64,000 nucleotides of DNA from Lepidodermella squamata (lineage: Eukaryota; Animalia; Gastrotricha). The DNA is taken from positions 2,356,001-2,420,000 of the forward strand of contig JBLDXI010000007.1 of assembly GCA_047495785.1 (NCBI GenBank), in the 5' to 3' direction. Below the pieces are notes generated by a model. That model was not told the DNA's origin and did no database searches. It saw only the letters and a list, made by a program, of their open reading frames with translations. Positions within the stretch are counted from its first letter, which is position 1, and every line of letters begins with the position of its first letter. Position numbers and translations under genes: made by a program. Below are positions 22,476 through 34,995 of this stretch, in pieces.

Positions 22476-23645
22476 GAAACGAAAACCACTTTATTGAGAC
22501 TCAAAGCAGCGTGAGCACAGTATTAATATAAGTGCATTAATAAGTTCGCCATATGTTTGTTAGCAAAGACAAATAATTAAGAGTTTAGCCCCCGGTTTTT
22601 TAGCGGAATCATGTTCAGCACCTATTCCAAAGCCCCTGGAAGATCGCTTGAAGTTTGAAGCCCATTATGCATTGTGCTTGAGCTAAACAGTAGAATTTCT
22701 GGGCGCGCTGATCGTTCAATCGATCGTTGCCATGACTCCCGGATGAAACATGTTGGTTGTGCGATCCATGACATTTTTTGCAACAAGTTTTTTTTGCCGC
22801 AGTAAATTGCTACCGTATTACCGCGCTTTGACAATGCCACTATAGCTCGTTATTTAGTGACATAATGTAAACAGTTAAAAAATGGGTTTGAAACTTCGAG
22901 CAATCGTCCACTGTGGGGTTTCGAAGGTGCAATCCGAGTTCCGGGAAGAACTGTTGGCTGTGTTATTTGATTCCTCTGCTTTTTCTCTTTCTGGCCCGGA
23001 ATCAATAAACTTTATATATTCCCCAATCCGAGGCAGCAACCCTAATATTTTAGGATGTGTGTGTAATATTTTAGGATGTTACCACAAATGTAACAAAGGA
23101 TATTTCAATGTTTCGAAGATGTTCAATGAATAGAAGTATATAGTAAGTCCAGAGCAGCGCAGTGCCGGATTTTCCCAATTGTAAATTTCCCGGGGCCCTT
23201 CTAGGCAATCTCCTTTTTCGGAGACATCTATAATTTGTTTTTAAAATTGAAGGGATTTCACCCGATCGAGTCGGAACACTGTTGTTGTAATTCTATGATT
23301 TCTTTGCCGCTTGGTGGGATTGTAACCCAGAGTTAGTACCCACTGGCTGAATTTCGCCAGCAAACAGAAAATGAATGAAACCCTGAACGTTCGGTTCATG
23401 TTCATGCTACAAATTCAAACTCGGACGTACTGCATACAAATAATGACGGAATCAGTAAAATATATACTTATCCGTGGAAGCTTTATCCCGCTGACCCCCA
23501 TGCTTCATATACTCGAGGCATACTAAAATGGTTCTAACAAAGTTATTGAACAAACCATTAAACCCGAAAGCAATAGATTCTAGCTATTTCGATCTTATTC
23601 AAAGCTGTCTGTATTTGTTAGAAGCTCATCCTCAAATAGACTCGA

Positions 23646-23800
23646 TGCTGGCTCGCTACACATCCCTTAGACATTTGGCTACTTTGGATGCGATTAGAGT
23701 TATTTCTAATGTCGTCCTTTTGCAAACAGAATTCAACAGGATGACACAATCCAAGATACGCTCGAATCGTTGGAACCAAGCTTTCTTCGAATCGGGACTG
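23646..23800. repeat. Degenerate dispersed repeat (other copy ~27551-27720)
   Basis: Shared TGCTGGCTCGC and AATTCAACAGGATG-CACA-TCCAAGATAC-CTCGAATCGTTGGAACC. Probably an old element remnant. Confidence 0.6.
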
Positions 23801-24311
23801 GTCCAGCCAGATAATCGTCATTTTTGGAGTTTGAACGTGACTACCCAAATCGATTCCAGAAAGTATCTGAGAAAAGGGCCTGGTGAAAATTGGCAAAGGA
23901 TAGGATAACATTGTACTTGACATCTCAAAGGTGTTTAAAATCCCGGACTCGGACTCGATTTCTGGCTATCAGTTGTATTACATTGAGCAACATACTCATG
24001 CAGCAGCACAGCTCAATATGCAATATTGATTGCAATGAGACAGGAGTTTTTTAGGGCAAATTAGAGAGCTCTAAAAATTCTGACACGCAAAAAAGTCGAA
24101 TCTCCATTATTAGCAAAATTAGTCGTCGGAACCCTGAATTGCATGCGCAGAGAAGCTAGCAGGAAAAAGTCACGCACACCTTACACCATTATTCCGCGAT
24201 TTTGTTGCCCTAATCACGCTCTCACTTTCAGCGGCGCATAATAATGATGGCATTCTAGTGATCTATCATTCTATCTATCATTGATTTGCATTTCTAACAG
24301 TTCTTTGCAGT

Positions 24312-26615
24312 ATGAGTATTTTAGCTAGCTTTCTTCTTACACTTTTATTTGACGGCAATCTTGCGTTGGTTCAAAAACCGTACAAGTTATTACTGTTCTC
24401 AACGGCAACATATACAGGTTCTGAGCCAAGGGATGGCCGTATTTGCCAGGCTGCGATGCAAGTTGCAGTTAACACGGCGAACTCACGAACCGACTTGCTG
24501 CCTGATTATGAGCTCGTGACAGACTTTCGAGACGAAGGATTTCAAGCTCAATTCGCTCCGAGAAGTTATGTAGCCTTCCTCAGAGCTGCGGAGGATAAAA
24601 TCAAGGCAGACCGGTCGAATAGAACCTTTCTTGCCCCAGCGATGTTGGGAACTCTCCAGACATGCGATACGATCACTCGAATTTCTCAATTCATGAGGCA
24701 AATACAATTCACCCCAGGTTGTAGCGGGCGTCAATTTACAGCATCTCGCACGATTTTTCCTCATCTTTACCGAAACCGAATTCCATCTAACAATCAGATT
24801 GCGCCTCTGTGTGCTTTTATAGCATTGACATCTCGATGGCAGCAGTACGGGATGATAGGTTTATCCGCATCTTCTGACAGTTTTGTTAAGGACTCAGTAG
24901 CTGATAGCTTGGAATCCGACTTTGGCAAACACGTAATCTTCGGCATCAGCAGCGACGAAATAAATGACGGCTTGATGTGGCAGATTCGAAGAAGTGACGC
25001 CAGAATAATTTTCGTGGCTACCGGATCCGTAGCTCAGAGCGCTCAGTTTTTGTGTTTGGTGTGGCACGCCGGTGTAAGGCCTCCATTATTCGTATTCTTA
25101 CTAACATCGCCAAACTTCATCGATCCAACAGCGAGAGATATCAGGTTACCAGGCAACTGCACGAGAGAAATTTTGACACTACAGGTACAGCACACATTCT
25201 GGAGCGGACCTTTCGATTTCGCGATAGAGGATCACGGCAATACGAGTTTCGGATACGACCAGCAAGGATTTGACCTACTTCTGGACAATTTGACAAACAA
25301 TTCTCGATCGGCTGATTACGTTCGCCGTCATAGGTGTTTCGACTCAATGATGCAGACTGTTCTTTCATTGGATGGAGGAGAACAGATTTTGAAATCTAGA
25401 AATCAAACTCTGAAGGACTTTCGTAACCAGCCCGATGTAGTCTGGAAGGCAGTGAATGAGAGTGCGGCTGCAACCGATTTCGTAGGTTTGAGAATAGGAC
25501 GCATCAAGTACACCCCAAGACTGGAACTTGATTACGAGCCTTTGTATCTAACTCAATGGACTCCAAAAGAAGGAATGCGGATAATTCTTCGTGTTACATT
25601 TAATGGACACCCCAACGCTTCCGTTTACGACCTGCGCAATTACCTTGTAGAGAAGCTAAACGAGCCAATATGGTTAACAGCAGATAAATTGGCACCGAGG
25701 GATCTCTCGGAGATTGTTTATATCTACGAACCAATCCCAGCCGCGAATTTAATTGTTATGGCTGTGTTCGTCAGCTTAGCCGTCCTCCTCAAAATAGTCA
25801 TCAGCATCCGTTTCAAACAAAGATCGAACAGATTTCCTGGATTAGCAGACAATTTCATTTCAGTTGTGTCGATATTCGGATGCTTGATATCTGATGCGGC
25901 TGCTTTAAGCCTACTTTCAATTAACGCTCTTGTTTATTCGGCTGAATATTGCCTATTGCAAATTGTCCTTTCGGTTATTGGTATCGCCCTCGTGAACTCA
26001 ACCCTTCTTGCAAGACTTACTTCATTATATCGATGGTCTCGGATGCGAGTGTTAGCAAGAAATCTCGCTAGATCCAGGAGGATTCGAAACAGGTTGTCTA
26101 ACCACCGAGAGGCCAGGGGTGACAATTTGACAGGAGTACCAGCTCGATTGACGATAAAGCTTAATTCTGTCAATGAAGCTGCTGCTTTCCTAGCTATAAA
26201 TTGTCTCGTGATGCTTTATTTTCTTGGAACAGATCCAGTATATTTGGTACCACAAGGCAGCCCTGTGCAATACGACCTCGAAATGGATTCTTACACTTCG
26301 AATCTAAGAATATTCTGCAGCTCGCTATACTTTAGATACTGGGCACCTCTTCTCGCTGTGTTTCACGTTGCACTCCTAGCGTTAGGCACTGCCATGGTTT
26401 TCGAGTACAGATTTGTCGGAAAGAGACACATAATGATTCGAGCTGCTGCTATAAATGCATTAACCATCTTTGCTGTTGTGTTATGCTTGATGGTCCTGCT
26501 TCCGGTTAATCGACTCGTTCTGCGTCAATCGATTCTTGCTTACGGCATATTGTTATACTCGAATTCGACAGTCCTTCTACAGTTTTACAAGCCATTTTTG
26601 AGAAGACGACATTAG
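24312..26615 (+). CDS. GABA-B-like class C GPCR, copy B
   Basis: 767-aa intronless ORF colinear with copy A. Confidence 0.85.
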   Translation: MSILASFLLTLLFDGNLALVQKPYKLLLFSTATYTGSEPRDGRICQAAMQVAVNTANSRTDLLPDYELVTDFRDEGFQAQFAPRSYVAFLRAAEDKIKADRSNRTFLAPAMLGTLQTCDTITRISQFMRQIQFTPGCSGRQFTASRTIFPHLYRNRIPSNNQIAPLCAFIALTSRWQQYGMIGLSASSDSFVKDSVADSLESDFGKHVIFGISSDEINDGLMWQIRRSDARIIFVATGSVAQSAQFLCLVWHAGVRPPLFVFLLTSPNFIDPTARDIRLPGNCTREILTLQVQHTFWSGPFDFAIEDHGNTSFGYDQQGFDLLLDNLTNNSRSADYVRRHRCFDSMMQTVLSLDGGEQILKSRNQTLKDFRNQPDVVWKAVNESAAATDFVGLRIGRIKYTPRLELDYEPLYLTQWTPKEGMRIILRVTFNGHPNASVYDLRNYLVEKLNEPIWLTADKLAPRDLSEIVYIYEPIPAANLIVMAVFVSLAVLLKIVISIRFKQRSNRFPGLADNFISVVSIFGCLISDAAALSLLSINALVYSAEYCLLQIVLSVIGIALVNSTLLARLTSLYRWSRMRVLARNLARSRRIRNRLSNHREARGDNLTGVPARLTIKLNSVNEAAAFLAINCLVMLYFLGTDPVYLVPQGSPVQYDLEMDSYTSNLRIFCSSLYFRYWAPLLAVFHVALLALGTAMVFEYRFVGKRHIMIRAAAINALTIFAVVLCLMVLLPVNRLVLRQSILAYGILLYSNSTVLLQFYKPFLRRRH

Positions 26616-28514
26616 GCTCGAAAACCATTCAGTTGTTCGTATTCGAATCCAATAGTCTCCCGGTAACAAATAAATCTAAGATTTCCTTTAAATTACGTGA
26701 AATCGGAGACTTCTCGCAGGATCGCAGGATTCCACTGGTAGATATCGTTAGCATCGTTGAATAACTCTGATTTATGCTTGTTTACATCCGTTTCAAAATT
26801 ACAACTTTCAAGTAAAAAGCGGCTTTTTGAACGTGAATGTAGAGGCAAAAACAAAGACTTTTTACTTGTCACCTCTCGCCTTGAAAAGGATGTAAATAAG
26901 CCTAAATCCGAGTTATTCAACGCCGCTAACGATATCGCTAATGTGTCAGCTAAGACAGGCCGGAATACTAAATTAAATAGTTGTGTTGCAATGGCTGAGA
27001 GTGAGATTCTCGGCAAATAATGATCGTGATGGCAGAGAGAAATATACATCTTTGGCAGATCGTGAGATGAATCAAACCTCAAACCGCAGAGGATCCACAG
27101 CTAGTAGGAGACGTCATAACCTTATAGACGTGTAAATAATATATCTATAACAATAATCGACACACGGGGAAGCAGAGCTTTCCACCGCTTTGATTCTTTT
27201 AGAAAGTGCACGCCACAAGAAGAAACCTAGCAAATGAAATGCGTAATTTTTTAGGCAAAGCCTTCTCTCAATTCCCCGAACGTCTCCAATCTGTCCACTG
27301 TCCATCATCAATAAAAATAGCTCACTCAGATTTAATCAACTTCAAAGCAGTACCGAACTACTGCACTCGCCCTCGACAACATGCTAAGACGCTAAACTGA
27401 CGTCGACATATTTGGAACTGGGATTCGCCAACAAACTTGAAAGAATATGGCGTGCCATGAATTGAGGGCATTGGTTAATGCTACAAAATAATCTGTACTG
27501 TATGCAAAAGACGGTATCAGCAAATTATATCCGATGTCCGATGGACCCGATGCTGGCTCGCGTCACATCCTCAATATTATTGCTGATGATATCAGCTTTT
27601 AGGCATTTGGGTGTGGTTAGAGCTATTTTCTAACGTCGCCATTTCAGAACAAAATTCAACAGGATGTCACAGTCCAAGATACACTCGAATCGTTGGAACC
27701 GAGCCTTCTGAGAACCCGGACTGATTCAACTCATCAAGTGTTTGAGGTTTGAACAAGACTGCCTAAATCGATGCCAGAAAGTTTCTCTGTAAAAAAAAAC
27801 CACTATTCTGAAAGCCGAACCGCCGCGACAGCCTTTTTGGTATGACAATAGCTTCAAAAGGGCCTCGTCTAAATTGGTTGAGGACATCATTGATAAAATT
27901 GACCTCATATTATCCGAAATAGGTTTAAAATCCCGGATTCAGAATACGTTCCCTTGAGAGACCCAGAGAAAACCTCGAACAGCCGAATCTCAGCTCGTTG
28001 ACTACGAAGCAAGATCATGATCCCATACCGCATCGTGAAGCATTCAGGAGCTCGGAGTATATTGACTTCCACTCGTAATTCGAAAAAACGTCAACAATTT
28101 GGTGCCCGTCCTACAAGGCATCCCGAGATTTTAATGGGAATTATTTCAACCTCGCTGATAGAACACTCTTATGCGTAGAAGTCATTTTGTCCAAATTTAG
28201 CCTGTCCAAAATAAACCCCGCTTACCGTACGAGGTTTTTGCTAGCAATGAAGCAGGATCGATTTGGTGTTTAAAATTGCGGCTTTGGAGTGTAATTTTGG
28301 GGGTGAAGACCGTTTTTCTTGCGATTTCGGCCACATTTTGCCCTCTTTGGTGTTTAAAATTTAAACTGTTAAACTGCTCAAAAAAACTCTGAATGAAGCA
28401 ATAAAAAAGTCTTATTATCCTCCTCCGTTGGCCCATGGTTTACTTGTGATGGTGTTATAAAATTAGAACAACCAGAGGGGCCGATTTTTAGTAGGAATTG
28501 AAAATCAAAAACAA

Positions 28515-30278
28515 TCAAATTAAATAATAACGCAAACACAATTTGACCGTCTGTGAAATCAAGAAAAAAACCGAGAGGAATTTAGTAGTTGGTTCTATGA
28601 AGAATTCGCTGAAGCGCCGTTCACACACAAACTTTGCCCAGTAGCTATTGAGACGTTGGTGTAGCTTCTGTTCCATGTCAGTCGGCTTCAGGCTCGCCTG
28701 GTTCACACGAACATTTTGGAAACTAGAAACGTTGCTGTGTATCAGCCAACGCAACAGCCAAAGTGGATACTTTTCAATCAAGTCAATTCGCAATTTTTCT
28801 CGGTTTTCCGTTAAATTGCTTGGGGCTTCGACAATCAACGCCGATAACACCGAATATTCAATATACTAGATGGATGAACTTGGTAATGCAAACAATGTTC
28901 AATAAATGTTTACTGTTTACTAACCCCAAAACTTGTATCCCAAAATGAGCAAACGTAAAGCCAATTGACTTCCCCATTTGTAGCAGGTTCCACTTCGGAA
29001 ATTCTTCTGACTTTTTTAATTAGTTCGACAGTATATTCGTCATGTTTGGAAGGTGATAGTTCCACCGTCAATATCAACTGACCGACCGTTGTACGAGGTG
29101 CTCCTTTAAGCCAAACCAAGCAGTCCTGTGGTGTGTCTGCATCCGGATAGTTTGAAATGAAGACAAACGACTTTTTAGTTGGTTCCACTCGAATAAAAAA
29201 TGCCATTCGCCCATTTGAAGGAAAAAAATTCAACATCCTCTCATTGTGGTCATCAGACAAGGCTTCATTGATCAGCGCATCATGAATGGTATCGATGTAT
29301 GGCGTTTGCGTGTCAAATTTTATTCCCAGGTAGTTCTCCCAAAAAAGGCCGAAGCCTAATAGCATATAGGAATTGAGAAAATCTATGATTTTTTTTTAAA
29401 TTTATATATACCTATTATAGTATGAAGTTGTGGTCCCATGATGTGGGATTTCGGCATTCGTTTTGCGACAAAGTGTTGCATTATTTTCCTTGGCCATTGT
29501 TTAAAGCTAAATGATCTGAGATTCCAAATCATGCGTATCGTTGATTCGCTGCCCGAAAACGAACTGACATGTAGTTCTTCGAGACGATTTTCGAATGCAA
29601 ATGTTTCCGGGGTTACGCCAGGATGCTTCTCCTGTAGTGAGAGCAACTTGAAATAGCGAATCCATTTTTTGCAATAATTCAGACAATCATTTTCAAATAA
29701 TTGATAGTTGACCGGTTTCGCCATTCTTGATACAAATTGAATATATTTCAGGCTGCATTGTTCGAGCCAAAATATAGGAACGTAAAGATTGCTACGCATA
29801 GCAGCCGTTTTCGCTGGCTCAATGCGCAAAAAATAACCTTCATCTTGCCCGCCTGGCTTTAGAACCAAGTGCACAAAATAGCGTCGGCCACTGATAAATT
29901 CAAGAAACGATTTGTCAGACTTTGGCGGTCCGTTGCCTTCTGCTATGAGCAACGCCGCGTGAGGTGTGGGGTGAATGAAAACGCAAACCATGAACACAAC
30001 ATTATGTAGAATCGGTTCTTTATAATAGAGACGTTGGACGGTTCTATGGATATCTTCTTTAAGATCTTGGACTGATGCGTCACTCCCATCGATATCGATC
30101 CATAGATTCCCATTTCGTTCAGCCATCGTCGTTCCATGCAAATTGTTGAGTCGATAAATTAAATGAGTGTAGGTGTTATATGCGGCTATGACATCATCAT
30201 CGAAACCTTGAAATTAAAATTTGAAAGGTCCGCGAATTCAATTTAAAAAAAAACTTAACCTTGACTGTCGATTTGCAT
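28515..30278 (-). CDS. Multi-exon protein with N-terminal permuted papain-like (PPPDE/LRAT-type NlpC/P60) domain and an unknown C-terminal region
   Basis: Phase-compatible GT-AG introns join ORFs 29383, 28910 and 28515 and a short first exon. Motifs PHAALLI, FVHLV and YQLFENDCLNYCK. The 3' end is uncertain. Confidence 0.55.
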
Positions 30279-31054
30279 ATTTTCGACGGAATATTGCAAA
30301 AAAGTGATAGATTCAGGCTGCTAGTAGTATTATCGATTACATATTAAAGCCAATCAGGGCTGCAAAAAGTTCTAAAGCTTCCTGTATCTGAAATTTCGGG
30401 TCAAAAATCTTCCCGCGCAATTTCTTTAGTTGACGTCTTTATCAACCATTAATGCTTTATCATTAAATAGGTAAGTATCTTTCTGAGGAATAAATAGAGA
30501 ATAATGAGGAATAAACGCGCGAAATGAGTGTAGTTTAGTCGCATATTCAAGCGCGCCCGTCATGCGCGCGTACTTGCATGCGCATATTGATGCTCATTAG
30601 CGTGCAAATTAGGAAGGTAGAAGGAAAATGCGCTTATTTTACATGCGGTGAACGAGTTTCGCAAGGAAAGTTATCAATTCTCAATACCCTTCTATCCTCC
30701 TCCCTCAGCTATTCGTCGCTCACTTCTTCTTCCTGCCCCGATCCTTCCTGTAACAGGATACCAGGATACAGAACTATTTGCAGCCCTGAAGCCAATGCCC
30801 AACGCATTAATAGATAGATAATAAAACATAAAACACGGGGTTAGGGATACTGTAACGTGGTATTATTTCGGACAAAAGCCTGTTTTCGGTCTTAATTTTC
30901 TGAGGTGTTAATCACGGATAAATAGATTTTCTCTTGCACAGATATCCTTGCAATTTGTCCTGCATTTTGAACGGTATTTTCAGCCACCAGGGTTGAAGAG
31001 AAAGGCACGCTCAAAGCCAAAAAGGACCCCATTCAAAAAAAGACCGCGTTGCAG

Positions 31055-31496
31055 CATGTGACGTAGATAGGACGCCGCACTCAGAGCACGCCGACAGACA
31101 AGAAGACGTGTTCACTTTTTTCCTCATTAATATTCAGAATATTTTGCAGCTTAAAAAAAATAAAATGGCGGGGCTCAATTCGAATTTGTTTAATAATTAA
31201 AATTCAAAACTTTAAAATTAATTAGTTCAAGTTTCAAAGATCGCAAAAAGTAGTGATTTGGCGCGGTTTCCGAGACGCCACAAAGAGGAGATGCATCTTT
31301 AAAGATGAACTGGGCTGATAAAATGGCAGCATCTGCTCAAAATTACACACAAACAGCACAAGAAATATTGGGGTGAAAAATAATGACATGATTCATCTCA
31401 TTAAATTTGAAACGATGAACTTTGCCCCTTATTAGTCTGACTTCAGTTTTTCGTGTCCGAAAACCTCTTAGTGCGGCGTCCTATCTACGTCACATG
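31055..31496. mobile_element. hAT-type MITE
   Basis: TIR CATGTGACGTAGATAGGACGCCGCACT at both ends, with 8-bp TSD CGTTGCAG. Confidence 0.9.
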
Positions 31497-31506
31497 CGTT
31501 GCAGTA

Positions 31507-31983
31507 CAGTGAAAGTTGATTAAACCGGACTGGTCTAAACCGGACGATTTCGGGTGTCTCGATCCGAAAGTGTGGACTTTACATTATAAGTTTATTGTCA
31601 AAACCGGACTCTCTAAACCGGACTGGTTGTATAAACCGGATGGATTTCGGGCTCGAAGTCCGGTTAATGCAATAAAAAGGCCAATTTTCTACATAATTTT
31701 AAAGAAAGTGCCAGCCCCTGCCTGACAAGAGTAGCCTCAAAATTTCGAAAAAATTTAACTTCCAAATTATTGTGAATATAGCTGAATATGTTGATTATTT
31801 ATATTAAAATTGTCGATTCCGTACTCAAAAAATATTACTTAGCTTGTAAAACTTAAAAAATCCATGAATTTCACGTGGTATTTCCTATACCGAACTCAGT
31901 CCGGATTAAAATAATTCGGACGTTCTCTAAACCGGACGATTTTGCCTGGCACTATCTTAGTCCGGCTTATACAACTTTCACTG
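31507..31983. mobile_element. Tc1/mariner(pogo)-type MITE
   Basis: TA-CAGTGAAAGTTG ... CAACTTTCACTG-TA, with internal AAACCGGAC subrepeats. Confidence 0.85.
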
Positions 31984-32134
31984 TATATGGTTAGGTTTAC
32001 GTTCAATTTAGGGCTAAGAGGAAATTCTGTTAAAATATGAATTTAAGGGCTAGGAGTACGGTTTAGGTTAGGGTTAGTATCAAGCATAGTCATAGTAACC
32101 AAGGTTAAGGTTGCGGCTAGGCTTGGGGCTGCAT

Positions 32135-32303
32135 CAGCGACGTAACTAGGTGGGGCCAGCCTTGGGGGCAGCACATCATTTTGAGGGGACCCTTTGGTCC
32201 GATTGCTCGGACCAAAGGGTCCCCCCTGTGGTGTTTCGAGTTAATTTTCCCAGCTGGTGGGGCCGGTGCCCCCTCCCCCTGGCCCCCCTTAGTTACGCCC
32301 CTG
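32135..32303. mobile_element. Short hAT-type MITE within a degenerate GGTTAG-like tract
   Basis: CAGCGACGTAACTA ... TAGTTACGCCCCTG, with 8-bp flanks GGCTGCAT/GGCTGTAT. Confidence 0.75.
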
Positions 32304-32756
32304 GGCTGTATTCAAGGTCAAATAGGAGCAGACTTATTTTTAGAGTTGAGGTTATGTAAAGATCGAGCTCTAAGGTATAACAGCTAGTATGAAGTCTAGG
32401 GCAAATAGCCGAATATTGTAGCAATGTAGAATATGTATGATAAATTAACAGGATTCAATTAAAGCCGTTTCGCGCTTTCGCATTTTTGTGTTATGGCTCA
32501 TAAGTTCTTGTATTTAAATAAAATGTTATGGCAAGAAATGATATATCTTATCATCCAATGAATGTTATCTATTCACCTTTTGGCTCTTTATCCTCATCAA
32601 CGTTGGTATCATTGTATACATTAGACATTAGACAATTTTATCTAAGAATGGGGAACCCGAGCTCTGAATAAGGTATCCTTTTATCTATAGGTAATCTTTA
32701 TTTTAAACATTTTATCAAGAGCAGAATTCGCCAGAAAGATTGTTCCAGGTTAAACC

Positions 32757-33726
32757 ATGAATGAAGATGTCATAAAATGGGATGTCCCAAATCAGGATGG
32801 CGATCAGCCAGAGCCGGTTGGTAAGGAAGTTCAACAAATTAGCCACGTTGTAGGTGAGAAATTTTCATTCAATATATTAATCGATATTAATGCTGGCGTA
32901 CCAGGTTTCAACCGTAGCGTTTATGAGACCTATCGACGCATAATAACAACTAATCCAAGCAGTTTAACTGATGTAATGCGATCATATCAAGAGAACATTG
33001 ATGATCGCATTTCCACCCTGCAAAATGCTGGTTGTTTCATTGCCTTCAGCCAGCAACATGCGTCTGTTATTTTGCTCGAGGATTGCGCTGAAGATCGTGC
33101 GACGGAAGGAAACTTTGCAGAAATGTCAGCTGATAAATTGATGAATCGAAGTGCTGCGGTTATACACATCTTAATCGTTTCTTCAAATTACGTAATCAAA
33201 TTTAATCACGGACGAGTCACGCCAAACTATGAAAGTTACAAATGGTTTCGTGTCACAAATGTAGGAACTGTCAACTTGATGGTAAATATTTTACTCAAAT
33301 TGACATTCAACATTACAATATAACTAACAGGCATTACAACTTCTGGCACTTCATAGTCGTCCGCAGTTCTATTTGGAAATTAGCGCTGATTGCCTCGAAT
33401 TCAGTAAACGATTTGTTTCATATGTTCTTGATTACCTCGTGGCAGATGGCATCGATGATGCAAGACGTCAACGCATAGCAAATGCTATGAAAACGTTATC
33501 CATTCACACCATTGACGCGATTTCTCGACCAGACCAGCTTCCATCACTAGCTCCGATCGGGCAAAGTTCGATGGGAAGGTCGAAAATGCTGAACTTCATT
33601 GCTGCTTACGTCGCCACGAGGCCCGTGTGTTTTGGCGTTGTTGCCGTTTTTTGCGCTATAGGATGTGCAAGAAACTTTTATGATATTTGGAAAATGATTG
33701 CTATGGTGCTGAAAGCTAGTACTTAA
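32757..33726 (+). CDS. Permuted papain-like (NlpC/P60-type) protein with C-terminal hydrophobic segment
   Basis: Two exons (intron ~33282-33330). Motifs QHASVIL, VIHIL and FYLEISADCLEFSK, then VCFGVVAVFCAIGCA near the C-terminus. Confidence 0.6.
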
Positions 33727-33780
33727 GTGACAGTCAATTTTCGAAATTACTATATATATGTACGCCTATAGGGGATTTAA

Positions 33781-34041
33781 CCCTTTCATGGCAGAATTAT
33801 TTATCTGCGGGAGAAAAAATATTTGACAGCAGTTCGAGGGGTTTTCGAAGGCCCTGATCACGATTTTAAAATCCGTCACCGTTAAGGCAGAACGAAAGAA
33901 AACTGGCCGAAATCGTCCTATCCGCCCAGCTGATTTCAGGCGATTTTTCGAGCACCCTAATTTCTGGGTCAGGTGCCTTTAGTTTTGGAATTTTAGATTC
34001 TAAATTACTCCCATGAATGCCCCTGAGATTCTCCCTCACTT
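33781..34041. repeat. Dispersed repeat with piggyBac-like left end (other copy ~39329-39531)
   Basis: TTAA-CCCTTT start and a shared block GCCCTGATCACGATTTT...CGCCCAGCTGATTTCAGGCG...GAGATTCTCCCTCACTTA. Confidence 0.65.
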
Positions 34042-34165
34042 AGCATTGTAGGTGGTGTTTAGCATAGTGAACTCAGTGATGAATTACATCTTGGCTTGTT
34101 ATGTGGTGATGGTGGTGCGGTCGAGCGGTCGGTTATTTTTTTTAGCTGATTAATTAGATGGAGAT

Positions 34166-34284
34166 CATAGAGAAAAAAATGACCAGAGTAATCACTCAAG
34201 CTAAAATGTTGATCTCCATTATTATAGAACTGCGTTCTAAAAACGGATCTCAATCTCCGTTTTTTACCAAATTTTGCATGCCTA
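34166..34284. mobile_element. Partial copy of the MITE at 48947-49355
   Basis: CATAGAGAAAAAAATGACCAGAG...CACTCAAGCTAAAAT...TTTTGCATGCCT matches that element's arm. Confidence 0.75.
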
Positions 34285-34571
34285 TCACTCGGGGAATTCC
34301 AAATGTGCAATTGCGAGTGACGTGATCTGAGCGCGCAAAATCCGTGCTGTGTTGCAATAGTTCAGGCCTAGTCAACAGTGGCGATTTTCGCCTCAGGCTA
34401 ATTCGACACAAAGTCATAGTGACGCCGAAATTATCTCTCCAGATAAAATCAATACAGGCCTGCAGAAAATGGTCTTGGTATTCGAGGATGGTTTGGTAAA
34501 TGCGAGGACAAGTTTTGATTTTCAGACTTTTCTTGAGACGCAATTTTGGTGGCGTCTCTATGTTTACAGCA

Positions 34572-34995
34572 TCCGACCGGCTCCTCGGCAACACTTGGCG
34601 CATTATTCGCTCCGTAGGCACGACTTTCCACGTTCTGTATTCGAGTGCATTGTGTTTGAGGTTGTAAGTTGAAAAAAATCCGCACGCTGATTGGTCAGTT
34701 GGCTCGTATCCATATATATAATTTGTGGCTTTTATTATTTTTATGAAGGCCGTATCGTAGCACGCGTTTCCAACAAATGCATAAAACCATTCATAAAAAG
34801 ATATTTTTTGCAAACATTTTATGGATCGCACGATCAAGTAGCAAGGCGGAGTCATGGATACGAGCCAACTGACCAATCAGCGTGCGGATTTTTTTCAACT
34901 TACAACCTCAAACACAATGCACTCGAATACAGAACGTGGAAAGTCGTGCCTACGGAGCGAATAATGCGCCAAGTGTTGCCGAGGAGCCGGTCGGA
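34572..34995. repeat. Long inverted repeat (142-bp arms, 140-bp spacer)
   Basis: 34572-34713 is the reverse complement of 34854-34995. This explains the mirrored ORFs in the track. Confidence 0.9.

Noticed and set aside
32061-32078. Minus-strand CTAACCCTAAC, identical to the vertebrate telomerase template
   Set aside because: It lies within a degenerate GGTTAG-like tract, with no visible pseudoknot or H/ACA context.
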